IMG/VR virus record: IMGVR_UViG_2531839665_000023 | DNA: 45,588 nucleotides | Reading direction: 5' to 3' (one strand) | From: a virus | Taxonomy: Duplodnaviria; Heunggongvirae; Uroviricota; Caudoviricetes | Part shown: piece after piece, positions 27,684 through 40,358 of the stretch | How the letters are laid out: each line of letters begins with the position of its first letter | Numbering within the stretch: position 1 is the first letter of the stretch | Made by a program: the position numbers and the translations under genes | The notes under the pieces: generated by a model | Told to the model about the DNA's origin: nothing | The model's database searches: none | What the model saw: only the letters and a program-made list of their open reading frames with translations

Positions 27684-28007
27684 ATGGCAAAGAATTTTGT
27701 AGAAGAAGGAAAAACGGTGGCGATTGTTGCCAGTGCAGCCATCAGCAGCGGAGATCTGGTGCAGGTGGGTGATGTTTTTGCGGTGGCGCTGACCGATATT
27801 CCACAGGGAGAAACAGGCGACGGCATAACCGAAGGTGTGTTTATGCTGCCTAAGCTGAAAACGGATGACATGAAAACGGGTAAGAAGGTTTATATGAAGT
27901 CAGGAAAAGTTCAGCTGACTAACAGCGGCTCTGATCCGCTGGTCGGGGTTGTCTGGGCAGATGCCGGAACCAGTGCAGAAGAAGTGCCGGTAAAACTCAA
28001 TGTCTGA
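27684..28007 (+). CDS. DUF2190-like head protein (decoration/structural)
   Basis: 107 aa from ATG with GGAGAC Shine-Dalgarno; position after capsid gene. Confidence 0.55.
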   Translation: MAKNFVEEGKTVAIVASAAISSGDLVQVGDVFAVALTDIPQGETGDGITEGVFMLPKLKTDDMKTGKKVYMKSGKVQLTNSGSDPLVGVVWADAGTSAEEVPVKLNV

Positions 28008-28275
28008 TCCCTTTTCCCGGCTGGCAGCGCGTATGGATGCGATCACGGTCAGAAAGATGGGAAAGACAGCCTCGATTAATGATGTCGATATGACTGTGAT
28101 CCCGGGAGAAACACTGGCAGAGCTGAATGCTCTGTCCGGACCTGCGGTCTCTCTGGTGGTGTTTTCTTCGGGATACCGCCCACGGCGCGGGGATCGCGTT
28201 GTTTATGACGGACAACAATGGACGGTCACACGGCATGAACGCTTTAACGGTAAGCCAATGATCTTTATTGAGTAA
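28000..28275 (+). CDS. Head-tail adaptor-like protein
   Basis: 91 aa; position between head genes and Z. Confidence 0.5.
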   Translation: MSDPFSRLAARMDAITVRKMGKTASINDVDMTVIPGETLAELNALSGPAVSLVVFSSGYRPRRGDRVVYDGQQWTVTRHERFNGKPMIFIE

Positions 28276-28286
28276 AGAGGTGTGGG

Positions 28287-28865
28287 ATGAAGGGGCTTGA
28301 GAATGCCATCCGCAATCTGAACAGCCTTGATACCCGTATGGTGCCACAGGCCAGCGCATGGGCGATAAACCGTGTGGCACAGAAAGCGGTCTCGGTTGCC
28401 ACCCGGCAGGTTGCCGGGAATACCGTTGCGGGAGATAACCAGGTGAAAGGGATCCCCCTGAAACTGGTACGTCAGCGTGTCCGGGTGTTTAAAGCCAGTC
28501 CGTCAGGAAAAATGACGGCCAGGATCCGCGTTAACCGGGGCAATCTGCCCGCCATTAAGCTGGGGACAGCCCGGGTCAGACTGGCCCGGCGTGGTGGAAA
28601 ACTGCAGTACCGTGGCAGTGTGCTGAAGGTGGGTAAATATCTTTTCCGGGATGCGTTTATTCAGCAACTGGCGAATGGTCGCTGGCATGTGATGCGACGT
28701 ATTGATGGCAAAAATCGTTACCCCATTGATGTGGTGAAAATCCCGCTGTCCGGACCGCTGACACAGGCATTTGAAGATGCCCGCGACCACATCATTGCTG
28801 CGGAAATGCCGAAACAGCTGGGGTATGCACTGAAACAACAACTGAGGTTATGGCTGACCCGATGA
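28287..28865 (+). CDS. Z: Minor tail protein Z-like
   Basis: 192 aa, same length as lambda Z; position before U. Confidence 0.7.
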   Translation: MKGLENAIRNLNSLDTRMVPQASAWAINRVAQKAVSVATRQVAGNTVAGDNQVKGIPLKLVRQRVRVFKASPSGKMTARIRVNRGNLPAIKLGTARVRLARRGGKLQYRGSVLKVGKYLFRDAFIQQLANGRWHVMRRIDGKNRYPIDVVKIPLSGPLTQAFEDARDHIIAAEMPKQLGYALKQQLRLWLTR

Positions 28866-29263
28866 ACCGACATACACAAATCCGCCAGGCCGTACTGGCA
28901 CGCCTTCGGGAACAGTGTGGAGACAGCGCCACGTTTTTTGACGGGCTTCCGGCATTTATTGATGCGCAGGAACTGCCTGCCGTGGCGGTGTGGCTGAGTG
29001 ATGCTCAGTACACCGGAAAAATGACGGATGAAGATGACTGGCAGGCTGTTCTGCATATTGCCGTCTTCATCCGGGCACAGGCACCGGATTCAGAGCTGGA
29101 TATGTGGATGGAGAGCACCATTTTCCCTGCCCTGAATGATGTACCGGCACTTTCCGGACTCATCGACACCCTGATCCCACTCGGTTTTAACTATCAACGT
29201 GATAATGAGATGGCCACCTGGGCGATGGCGGAAATCACGTACCAGATCACGTACACGAATTAA
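28862..29263 (+). CDS. U: Tail terminator protein U
   Basis: 133 aa from ATG overlapping Z stop; aligns with lambda U as recalled (ATFFDG...PAVAV...DSELD.WMES). Confidence 0.8.
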   Translation: MNRHTQIRQAVLARLREQCGDSATFFDGLPAFIDAQELPAVAVWLSDAQYTGKMTDEDDWQAVLHIAVFIRAQAPDSELDMWMESTIFPALNDVPALSGLIDTLIPLGFNYQRDNEMATWAMAEITYQITYTN

Positions 29264-29273
29264 GGAGGTGGTA

Positions 29274-30017
29274 ATGACCACACCAAATCCACTGGCAAAG
29301 ACGAAAGGTGCGGGGACGACGTTCTGGATGTATACCGGCAACGGCGATGCGTTTGCGAACCCTTTGTCGGACACTGACTGGCTGCGTCTTGCGATGGTGA
29401 AGGATCTGCAACCTGGCGAAATGACCGCTGATGCAGAAGATGACACTTATCTCGATGATGAAGATGCAGACTGGAAAACGACAACCCAGGGGCAGAAATC
29501 CGTCGGTGATACTTCGGCGACGCTGGCCTGGCGTCCGGGTGACAGCGGGCAGAAAAAACTGGTTCAGTTGTTCGACTCCGGTGAAGTCTGCGCGTTTCGT
29601 ATCAAATATCCCAACGGTACTGTTGATGTTTTCCGTGGCTGGCTGAGTTCACTGGGTAAAACCATTGCCTCAAAAGACGTGATGACCCGCACAGTGAAAA
29701 TCAGCGGTGTGGGGCGTCCGTATCTGGCAGAAGAAGGCACTGAAACCGTGGGCGTTACCGGGCTGACGGTGGCACCGGCATCTGCCAGTGTAAAAGTGGG
29801 AGCAACCACCACGCTGACCTTTACAGTAAAACCTGACGGAGCCAGTGACAAAGCGATCAGTGTGCATTCGACAGATCCACAGACTGCCACGGTGACCCTG
29901 AACGGGCTTGTGGCCACGGTGAAAGGCGTGAAGCAGGGCAGTGTCAGCATTGTGGGCATGACTTCTGACGGCGATTTTGTGGCAGTGGCTACGGTGGCTG
30001 TCAGCGCCGCAGGTTAA
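29274..30017 (+). CDS. V: Major tail protein V with C-terminal Ig-like domain
   Basis: 247 aa; AAGGAGG Shine-Dalgarno; C-terminal Big_2-like segment (VTGLTVAPASASVKVGATTTLTFTV). Confidence 0.85.
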   Translation: MTTPNPLAKTKGAGTTFWMYTGNGDAFANPLSDTDWLRLAMVKDLQPGEMTADAEDDTYLDDEDADWKTTTQGQKSVGDTSATLAWRPGDSGQKKLVQLFDSGEVCAFRIKYPNGTVDVFRGWLSSLGKTIASKDVMTRTVKISGVGRPYLAEEGTETVGVTGLTVAPASASVKVGATTTLTFTVKPDGASDKAISVHSTDPQTATVTLNGLVATVKGVKQGSVSIVGMTSDGDFVAVATVAVSAAG

Positions 30018-30077
30018 CAGGACGATACTCATCATTTGCCCCGATTATCCGGGGCTTTTTTGCAGGTGGAGAACATG

Positions 30078-30464
30078 ATGTTTCTGAAACAGGGCACGTT
30101 TAATTATGAAAAGCAGTCCGTGGTGCTCAGTGAGCTGTCCGGGCTGCAGAGAATTGAATATCTGGCGTTTGTTCAGCAGCGAACGGCAAAGTTTGATGCC
30201 GAAGAGGGAGAACTGCCGGAGGCTGAACGACAGATTGCTTTTCTGCGGATGGGGATGGATATCAATGCCTGGCTGGTTTCCCGCTCACTGTGGAATGCGG
30301 ATCAGTCTAAGGATGTAGAGACGCTTTGCGCATCCGTTATTACAACATGGTCGTATGATGCCCTGGGTGCGGGGGCGGAGATGGTTCTGTCGCTGAGCGG
30401 TATGGGGACCATTGATAATGCCGGGGATGATGAGCATGAGGCGCTGACGCCGGAAAAGTCCTGA
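30078..30464 (+). CDS. G: Tail assembly chaperone G
   Basis: MFLKQ...VVLSELSGLQRIEYLAF matches lambda G as recalled. Confidence 0.85.
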   Translation: MFLKQGTFNYEKQSVVLSELSGLQRIEYLAFVQQRTAKFDAEEGELPEAERQIAFLRMGMDINAWLVSRSLWNADQSKDVETLCASVITTWSYDALGAGAEMVLSLSGMGTIDNAGDDEHEALTPEKS

Positions 30465-30802
30465 CGCGGGAAATGCAGTTTGTCATGCGGCTTGCCCGGG
30501 AGTTCCGACGGGCAGACTGGCGGCGGATGCTGTCGGAAATGTCGGCCACTGAGCTTGGTGAGTGGGGCGATTATTTCCGGATGCAGAGCTTCAGTGATGT
30601 GTGGATGGATGCGCAGTTTGCCTCGCTGAAGGCATTGATCGTGAGAATGGTGTCCGGTAGCAGTGATGCTGCGGTGGCTGATTTCAGCCTTTTACCGGAA
30701 GAGAACGGGATACCGGAGCGAACGGACGAAGAACTGATGCATCTTGGGGAAGGTATTTCCGGAGGTGTGCGTTATGGACCAGATAGCCAACCTGGTCATT
30801 GA
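30078..30802 (+). CDS. T: Tail assembly chaperone GT, predicted -1 frameshift fusion
   Basis: T frame is open from 30440 and is -1 relative to G; candidate slip site GGAAAAG at 30452-30458. Confidence 0.55.
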
Positions 30803-33800
30803 TTTGGGGATTGATGCGGCAGAGTTTAAAAATGAAATTCCCCGTATCAAAAACCTTCTGAATGGTGCAGCCAGCGATGCAGAACGGTCTTCTGCCCGTA
30901 TGCAGCGTTTTATGGAGCGTCAGACTCAGGCCGCCCGGCAGACAATGCAGGCGGCTTCTTCGGCTGCAACAGCCGCATCCGTCCATGCGCAGACGGTGGA
31001 GAAGAGCGCACAGGCTCATGAACGCATGGCCCGCGAGGTGGAGCAAACCCGCCAGCGTATGGAGGCACTGAGCCAGAAAATGCGCGAGGAACAGGCGCAG
31101 GCCATGGCTCTGGCGGAGGCTCAGGATAAAGCGGCTGCCGCGTTTTATCGTCAGATTGACAGTGTGAAACAGGCCAGTGCGGGGCTGCAGGAATTACAGC
31201 GTATTCAGCAGCAGATCCGACAGGCCAGAAACAGTGGCGGGATTGGTCAGCAGGATTATCTGGCGCTGATTTCTGAGGTTACGGCGAAAACCCGTGTTCT
31301 TACGCAGGCTGAGGCAGAGGCTACCCGACAGAAAGTGGCGTTTATCCGTCAGCTTAAAGAGCAGGCAACCCGCCAGAATCTTTCTTCTTCTGAGTTGCTT
31401 CGTGCTAAGGCTGCCCAGCTGGGGGTAAGCAGTGCTGCAGAAGTGTATATCCGCAAAATGGAGCAGGCAGGAAAAGCCACGCATTCGCTGGGTCTGAAAA
31501 GTGCAGCGGCCCGCCAGGAGATAGGCGTTCTGATAGGTGAACTGGTTCGCGGCAATTTAGGTGCGCTGAGGGGATCCGGGATAACGCTGGCTAACCGTGC
31601 CGGATGGATAGACACACTGATGTCACCGAAAGGCATGATGCTGGGCGGGGTTATTGGCGGTATTGCCGCGGCCGTCTATGGTCTGGGTAAAGCCTGGTAT
31701 GATGGTCAGAAGGAGGGGGAAGAATTTAACCGCCAGTTGTCGCTGACGGGGCATTATGCCGGAGTCACTGCCGGGCAGCTGTGGACGCTCAGTCGTGCTA
31801 TTTCCGGGAATGGTATCACGCAACATGCTGCAGCCGGTGCGCTGGCTCAGGTGGTGGGGAGTGGCGCATTTCGTGGAAACGATATCGGTATGGTGGCGAG
31901 AGCTGCCGCACAGATGGAGCGATCGGTTGGCCAGTCGGTCAGCGATACCATAAGTCAGTTTAAGCGGCTGAAGGATGATCCTGTAAATGCCGCGAAGGCT
32001 CTGGACAATGAGCTGCATTTTCTTACTGCCACTCAGCTTGAGCAGATACGTGTCCTTGGGGATCAGGGACGGTCCAGTGATGCTGCACGGATAGCCATGT
32101 CTGCACTGGCAGAGGAAACCGGTCGGCGTACTGCGGATATTGATAATAACCTCAATGCGCTTGGCAGTACGCTGAAGTATCTGTCTGATTTGTGGAGTCG
32201 TTTCTGGGATGCGGCCATGAATATTGGTCGTGAAGACTCGCTGGATGAACAGATTGCCGCTTTACAGGAGAAAGTGTCGCGGGCGAAAAGACTCCCCTGG
32301 ACGGCATCATCTTCTCAGGTTGAATACGATCAGCAGCGTCTTAACGATCTTCAGGAGAAAAAACGCCAGAAGGATTTGCAGGATGCAAAAGAGCAGGCAG
32401 AGCGGAATTATCAGGAGCAACAGAAACGACGTAATGCTGAAAATGCTGCACTGAACCGGATGAATGAATCGGAAGCAGCACGACATCAGCGTGAAATTGC
32501 GCGTATTAATTCCATGCAGTACGCCGATCAGGCTGTCAGGGATGCAGCGATACAACGTGAAAATGAACGTTACGAGAAAGCCCTGGCATCCGGTAAGAAA
32601 AAAACACGCGAAACCCGTAATGATGAGGCCACCCGGTTATTGCTGCAGTACAGTCAGCAACAGGCACAGGTGGAAGGACAGATTGCTGCTGCAAGACAGT
32701 CAGCAGGCATTGCCACTGAAAAGATGACAGAAGCGCATAAACAGCTTCTGGCTCTGCAGCAGCGCATCAGCGATCTGGACGGGAAAAAACTGACGACAGA
32801 TGAAAAGAGTGTGCTGGCCCGTAAAGATGAACTGATTCAGGCACTGATGCTGCTGGATGTAAAACAGCAGGAGCTTCAGAAACAGACGGCACTCAACGAT
32901 CTGAAGAAAAAAACAATTCAGCTGACCAGTCAACTGGCTGAAGAAGAGCGCGCTCAGCGTCAGCAACATGACCTGGATATCGCCACGGTGGGTATGGGTG
33001 ATCAGCAGCGGCAGCGATATCAGGTACAACTGAGTCTTCGCCAGAAAAACCAGCAACAGCTGGAGCAGTTGAGGCGGGATAGTGAGCAGAAAGGGACATA
33101 TAACACGGATGACTACAGAAAGGCCGAGCAGGCGCTGACGGAGAGCCTGAACCGACAACTGAATGAGAATCGCCGTTACTGGCAACAGCTTGAAGTTGTG
33201 CAGGGTAACTGGAAAAACGGAGTCCTGCGTGCATTTCAGGATTTTACCGTGGATGCAGACAATACGGCAGGAACAGCAGAACAGGTGTTCTCGTCAGCCT
33301 TCAGCAACATGGGAAATGGCCTGGCAACTTTTGTCACTACCGGCAAACTCAACTTCAAATCCTTCACCTCTTCGGTGCTGTCAGATATGGCGAAAATCCT
33401 GGCGCAGGCAACCATGATGAAATCGATAAAAGGGATTGGCAGTGTACTGGGATTTGATCTCAGCAGCCTTTCCCTGAATGCCAATGGGGGGATTTATCAG
33501 TCTGCTGATTTGAGTCGTTACAGTGGCACGGTGGTTAACCGTCCGACGTTTTTTGCTTTTGCAAAAGGCGCGGGTGTGATGGGGGAAGCTGGACCTGAAG
33601 CCATTCTGCCACTGCGTCGTGGTGCTGACGGTAAGCTGGGGGTTGTGGCGGATATTGGTGGTTCAGGTATGGCGATGTTTGCCCCGCAGTACAACATCGA
33701 GATCAATAACGATGGCACGAACGGGCAGATAGGTCCGGCTGCCCTGAAGGTGGTTTATGACCTTGGGAAAAAAGCGGCAGCGGATTTTATGCAACAGCAG

Positions 33801-33839
33801 GCCCGTGATGGTGGTCGGTTAAGTGGAGCATATCGGTAA
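30774..33839 (+). CDS. H: Tail tape measure protein H
   Basis: 1021 aa from ATG with GGAGGT Shine-Dalgarno; long coiled-coil-rich protein with Gly-rich C-terminal region. Confidence 0.9.
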   Translation: MDQIANLVIDLGIDAAEFKNEIPRIKNLLNGAASDAERSSARMQRFMERQTQAARQTMQAASSAATAASVHAQTVEKSAQAHERMAREVEQTRQRMEALSQKMREEQAQAMALAEAQDKAAAAFYRQIDSVKQASAGLQELQRIQQQIRQARNSGGIGQQDYLALISEVTAKTRVLTQAEAEATRQKVAFIRQLKEQATRQNLSSSELLRAKAAQLGVSSAAEVYIRKMEQAGKATHSLGLKSAAARQEIGVLIGELVRGNLGALRGSGITLANRAGWIDTLMSPKGMMLGGVIGGIAAAVYGLGKAWYDGQKEGEEFNRQLSLTGHYAGVTAGQLWTLSRAISGNGITQHAAAGALAQVVGSGAFRGNDIGMVARAAAQMERSVGQSVSDTISQFKRLKDDPVNAAKALDNELHFLTATQLEQIRVLGDQGRSSDAARIAMSALAEETGRRTADIDNNLNALGSTLKYLSDLWSRFWDAAMNIGREDSLDEQIAALQEKVSRAKRLPWTASSSQVEYDQQRLNDLQEKKRQKDLQDAKEQAERNYQEQQKRRNAENAALNRMNESEAARHQREIARINSMQYADQAVRDAAIQRENERYEKALASGKKKTRETRNDEATRLLLQYSQQQAQVEGQIAAARQSAGIATEKMTEAHKQLLALQQRISDLDGKKLTTDEKSVLARKDELIQALMLLDVKQQELQKQTALNDLKKKTIQLTSQLAEEERAQRQQHDLDIATVGMGDQQRQRYQVQLSLRQKNQQQLEQLRRDSEQKGTYNTDDYRKAEQALTESLNRQLNENRRYWQQLEVVQGNWKNGVLRAFQDFTVDADNTAGTAEQVFSSAFSNMGNGLATFVTTGKLNFKSFTSSVLSDMAKILAQATMMKSIKGIGSVLGFDLSSLSLNANGGIYQSADLSRYSGTVVNRPTFFAFAKGAGVMGEAGPEAILPLRRGADGKLGVVADIGGSGMAMFAPQYNIEINNDGTNGQIGPAALKVVYDLGKKAAADFMQQQARDGGRLSGAYR

Positions 33840-34168
33840 TGGAGACGTTTCACTGGAAAGTGCGCCCGGATATGAATGTGGTATCAGAGCCGAAAGTGGT
33901 GACAGTGAAGCTGGGCGATGGTTATGAACAGCGTCGTGCGGCGGGACTGAATAACCAGTTGTCGATTTACAGCGTGACGATACGTGTTCGTAAATGTGAA
34001 CACCCATCTTTAAAAGCCTTTCTGGAACGGCACGGTGGCGTCCGCGCATTTCAGTGGACGCCACCTTATGACTGGAAGCCGATCAGGGTGGTTTGTCGTA
34101 AATGGTCGGCAAGCGTGGGGGCGTTGTGGGTAACCATAACGGCAGATTTTGAACAGGTCGTGGCATAG
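33839..34168 (+). CDS. M: Minor tail protein M
   Basis: 109 aa, same size and position as lambda M. Confidence 0.9.
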   Translation: METFHWKVRPDMNVVSEPKVVTVKLGDGYEQRRAAGLNNQLSIYSVTIRVRKCEHPSLKAFLERHGGVRAFQWTPPYDWKPIRVVCRKWSASVGALWVTITADFEQVVA

Positions 34169-34177
34169 GAGTCTCTG

Positions 34178-34876
34178 ATGCAGGATATTCCACAGGAAAC
34201 ACATCATGAGACGACACGCCTCACTCAGTCAGCCCAGATGGTGCTCTGGGAAATCGATCTGACAGAGGTCGGTGGAGAACGTTATTTTTTCTGTAATGAG
34301 CAGAACGAAAAAAGTGAGCCGGTCACCTGGCAGGGGCGACAGTATCAGGCGTATCCCATTCAGGGGACGGGATTTGAACTGAACGGCAAGGGCAGTGCTG
34401 CCCGTCCGACACTGACGGTTTCTAACCTGCACGGCATGGTCACCGGGATGGCGGAAGATCTGCAGAGTCTGGTCGGCGGAACGGTGGTCCGGCGTAAGGT
34501 TTACGCCCGTTTTCTGGATGCGGTGAACTTCGTCAACGGAAACAGTGACGCCGACCCGGAGCAGGAGGTGATCAGCCGCTGGCGCATCGAGCAGTGCAGC
34601 GAACTGAGCGCGGTCAGTGCCTCTTTTGTACTGGCCACGCCGACGGAAACGGACGGCGCTGTTTTTCCGGGACGTATCATGCTGGCCAACACCTGCACCT
34701 GGACCTATCGCGGCGATGAGTGCGGTTATCACGGTCCGGCGGTCGCGGATGAATATGACCAGCCAACGTCCGATATCACGAAGGATAAATGCAGCAAATG
34801 CCTGAGCGGTTGTAAGTTCCGCAATAACGTCGGCAACTTTGGCGGCTTCCTTTCCATTAACAAACTTTCGCAGTAA
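34178..34876 (+). CDS. L: Minor tail protein L
   Basis: 232 aa; Cys cluster CSKCLSGCKF near C-terminus as in lambda L. Confidence 0.9.
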   Translation: MQDIPQETHHETTRLTQSAQMVLWEIDLTEVGGERYFFCNEQNEKSEPVTWQGRQYQAYPIQGTGFELNGKGSAARPTLTVSNLHGMVTGMAEDLQSLVGGTVVRRKVYARFLDAVNFVNGNSDADPEQEVISRWRIEQCSELSAVSASFVLATPTETDGAVFPGRIMLANTCTWTYRGDECGYHGPAVADEYDQPTSDITKDKCSKCLSGCKFRNNVGNFGGFLSINKLSQ

Positions 34877-34880
34877 ACCC

Positions 34881-35624
34881 ATGACACAGACAGAATCAGC
34901 GATTCTGGCGCACGCCCGGCGATGTGCGCCAGCGGAGTCGTGCGGCTTCGTGGTAAGCACGCCGGAGGGGGAAAGATATTTCCCCTGCGTGAATATCTCC
35001 GGTGAGCCGGAGGCGTATTTCCGTATGTCGCCGGAAGACTGGCTGCAGGCAGAAATGCAGGGTGAGGTGGTGGCGCTGGTCCACAGCCACCCCGGTGGTC
35101 TGCCCTGGCTGAGTGAGGCCGACCGGCGGCTGCAGGTGCAGAGTGATTTGCCGTGGTGGCTGGTCTGCCGGGGGACAATTCATAAGTTCCGCTGTGTGCC
35201 GCATCTCACCGGGCGGCGCTTTGAGCACGGGGTGACGGACTGTTACACGCTGTTCCGGGATGCTTATCATCTGGCGGGGATTGAGATGCCGGATTTTCAT
35301 CGCGAGGATGACTGGTGGCGTAACGGTCAGAATCTCTATCTGGATAATATGGAGGCCACAGGGCTGTATCAGGTGCCGTTGTCAGCGGCCCAGCCGGGCG
35401 ATGTGCTGCTGTGCTGTTTTGGTTCATCGGTGCCGAATCATGCCGCCATTTACTGCGGCGACGGCGAGCTGTTGCACCATATTCCTGAACAACTGAGCAA
35501 ACGAGAGAGGTATACCGACAAATGGCAGCGACGCACACACTCCCTCTGGCGTCACCGGGCATGGCACGCATCTGCCTTTACGGGGATTTACAACGATTTG
35601 GCCGCCGCATCGACCTTCGAGTGA
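34881..35624 (+). CDS. K: Tail assembly protein K (MPN/JAB plus NlpC/P60-like)
   Basis: 247 aa from the ATG at 34881; HSHPGG metalloprotease motif; conserved Cys/His. Confidence 0.9.
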   Translation: MTQTESAILAHARRCAPAESCGFVVSTPEGERYFPCVNISGEPEAYFRMSPEDWLQAEMQGEVVALVHSHPGGLPWLSEADRRLQVQSDLPWWLVCRGTIHKFRCVPHLTGRRFEHGVTDCYTLFRDAYHLAGIEMPDFHREDDWWRNGQNLYLDNMEATGLYQVPLSAAQPGDVLLCCFGSSVPNHAAIYCGDGELLHHIPEQLSKRERYTDKWQRRTHSLWRHRAWHASAFTGIYNDLAAASTFE

Positions 35625-36169
35625 AAACGGGGTCCGAAGCCATCCGGGCGCTGGCCATGCAGATCCCGGCGTTTCGTCAGAAACTGAGCGACGGCTGGTA
35701 TCAGGTACGCATTGCCGGGCGTGATGCTGGTGAAACCGAATTGTCTGCCCGTCTTAATGAGCCGCTGGCAAATGGTGCCGTGATCCACATCGTGCCGCGT
35801 CTGGTGGGAGCTAAAAGTGGTGGTGTGTTTCAGGTGGTGCTTGGGGCGGCGCTGATTGCGGTGGCATGGTGGAACCCTGTGGGCTGGCTGGGTGCCGCGG
35901 CTGTATCGGGCATGTATGCGGCAGGGGCCAGTATGGTCCTGGGCGGAGTGGCGCAGATGCTGGCACCGAAAGCCAGAACTCCCACAGCGACCAGCACGGA
36001 TAACGGCAAACAGAACACCTATTTTTCTTCGCTAGATAATATGGTTGCACAGGGTAATTCGCTGCCGGTGCTGTATGGCGAAATGCGCGTGGGGTCCCGG
36101 GTGGTATCTCAGGAGATCAGCACGGCAGATGAAGGTGATGGTGGTCAGGTTGTGGTGATTGGTCGCTGA
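35522..36169 (+). CDS. I: Tail assembly protein I
   Basis: 215 aa; near-identical stretches to lambda I as recalled (MAATHTLPLASPGMARICLYGDL...GDGGQVVVIGR). Confidence 0.9.
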   Translation: MAATHTLPLASPGMARICLYGDLQRFGRRIDLRVKTGSEAIRALAMQIPAFRQKLSDGWYQVRIAGRDAGETELSARLNEPLANGAVIHIVPRLVGAKSGGVFQVVLGAALIAVAWWNPVGWLGAAAVSGMYAAGASMVLGGVAQMLAPKARTPTATSTDNGKQNTYFSSLDNMVAQGNSLPVLYGEMRVGSRVVSQEISTADEGDGGQVVVIGR

Positions 36170-36226
36170 TGAAAAACGTTTTATGTGAAACCGCCTCCGG
36201 GCGGTTTTGTCGTTTATGGAGCGTGA

Positions 36227-39628
<3,402 letters not shown>

Positions 39629-39645
39629 ATTTTATAACCCATAAC

Positions 39646-39671
39646 GGGCGTCAGAAATGACGCCTTTTTTA
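39646..39671 (+). terminator. Intrinsic terminator after J
   Basis: GGCGTCA-GAAA-TGACGCC followed by TTTTTT. Confidence 0.75.
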
Positions 39672-39694
39672 TTGCAGAAAAGCGAGAGGTAATT

Positions 39695-40294
39695 ATGCGT
39701 AAACTTTATGCCGCCATTTTGTCCGCAGCCATTTGTCTGGCCGTATCCGGTGCGCCTGCATGGGCGTCTGAACATCAGTCCACGCTGAGCGCGGGGTATC
39801 TTCATGCCTCGACGAACGTTCCCGGCAGCGATGATCTGAACGGGATTAACGTGAAATACCGTTATGAGTTTACGGACACACTGGGGATGGTGACGTCATT
39901 CAGCTATGCAGGAGACAAGAATCGCCAGCTGACCCATTACAGCGATACCCGCTGGCATGAAGATTCCGTTCGTAACCGCTGGTTCAGCGTAATGGCGGGG
40001 CCGTCTGTGCGCGTGAATGAATGGTTCAGCGCGTATGCGATGGCGGGTGTGGCTTACAGCCGTGTGTCGACTTTCTCCGGGGATTATCTCCGCGTAATTG
40101 ACAACAAGGGGAAAACGCACGACGTGCTGACCGGAAGTGATGACGGTCGCCACAGCAACACGTCTCTGGCGTGGGGAGCTGGCGTGCAGTTTAACCCGAC
40201 CGAATCCGTGGCCATTGATATTGCTTATGAAGGCTCCGGCAGTGGTGACTGGCGCACTGACGGTTTCATCGTGGGTGTCGGTTATAAATTCTGA
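39695..40294 (+). CDS. lom: Lom/Ail-family outer membrane beta-barrel protein
   Basis: 199 aa; signal peptide ending AWA; beta-barrel C-terminal GYKF. Confidence 0.9.
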   Translation: MRKLYAAILSAAICLAVSGAPAWASEHQSTLSAGYLHASTNVPGSDDLNGINVKYRYEFTDTLGMVTSFSYAGDKNRQLTHYSDTRWHEDSVRNRWFSVMAGPSVRVNEWFSAYAMAGVAYSRVSTFSGDYLRVIDNKGKTHDVLTGSDDGRHSNTSLAWGAGVQFNPTESVAIDIAYEGSGSGDWRTDGFIVGVGYKF

Positions 40295-40320
40295 TTAGCC
40301 AGGTAACACAGTGTTATGAC

Positions 40321-40348
40321 AGCCCGCCGGTTCAGGCGGGCTTTTTTG
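40321..40348 (+). terminator. Intrinsic terminator after lom
   Basis: GCCCGCC-GGTTCAG-GCGGGC followed by TTTTTT. Confidence 0.75.
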
Positions 40349-40358
40349 TGGGGTGAAT

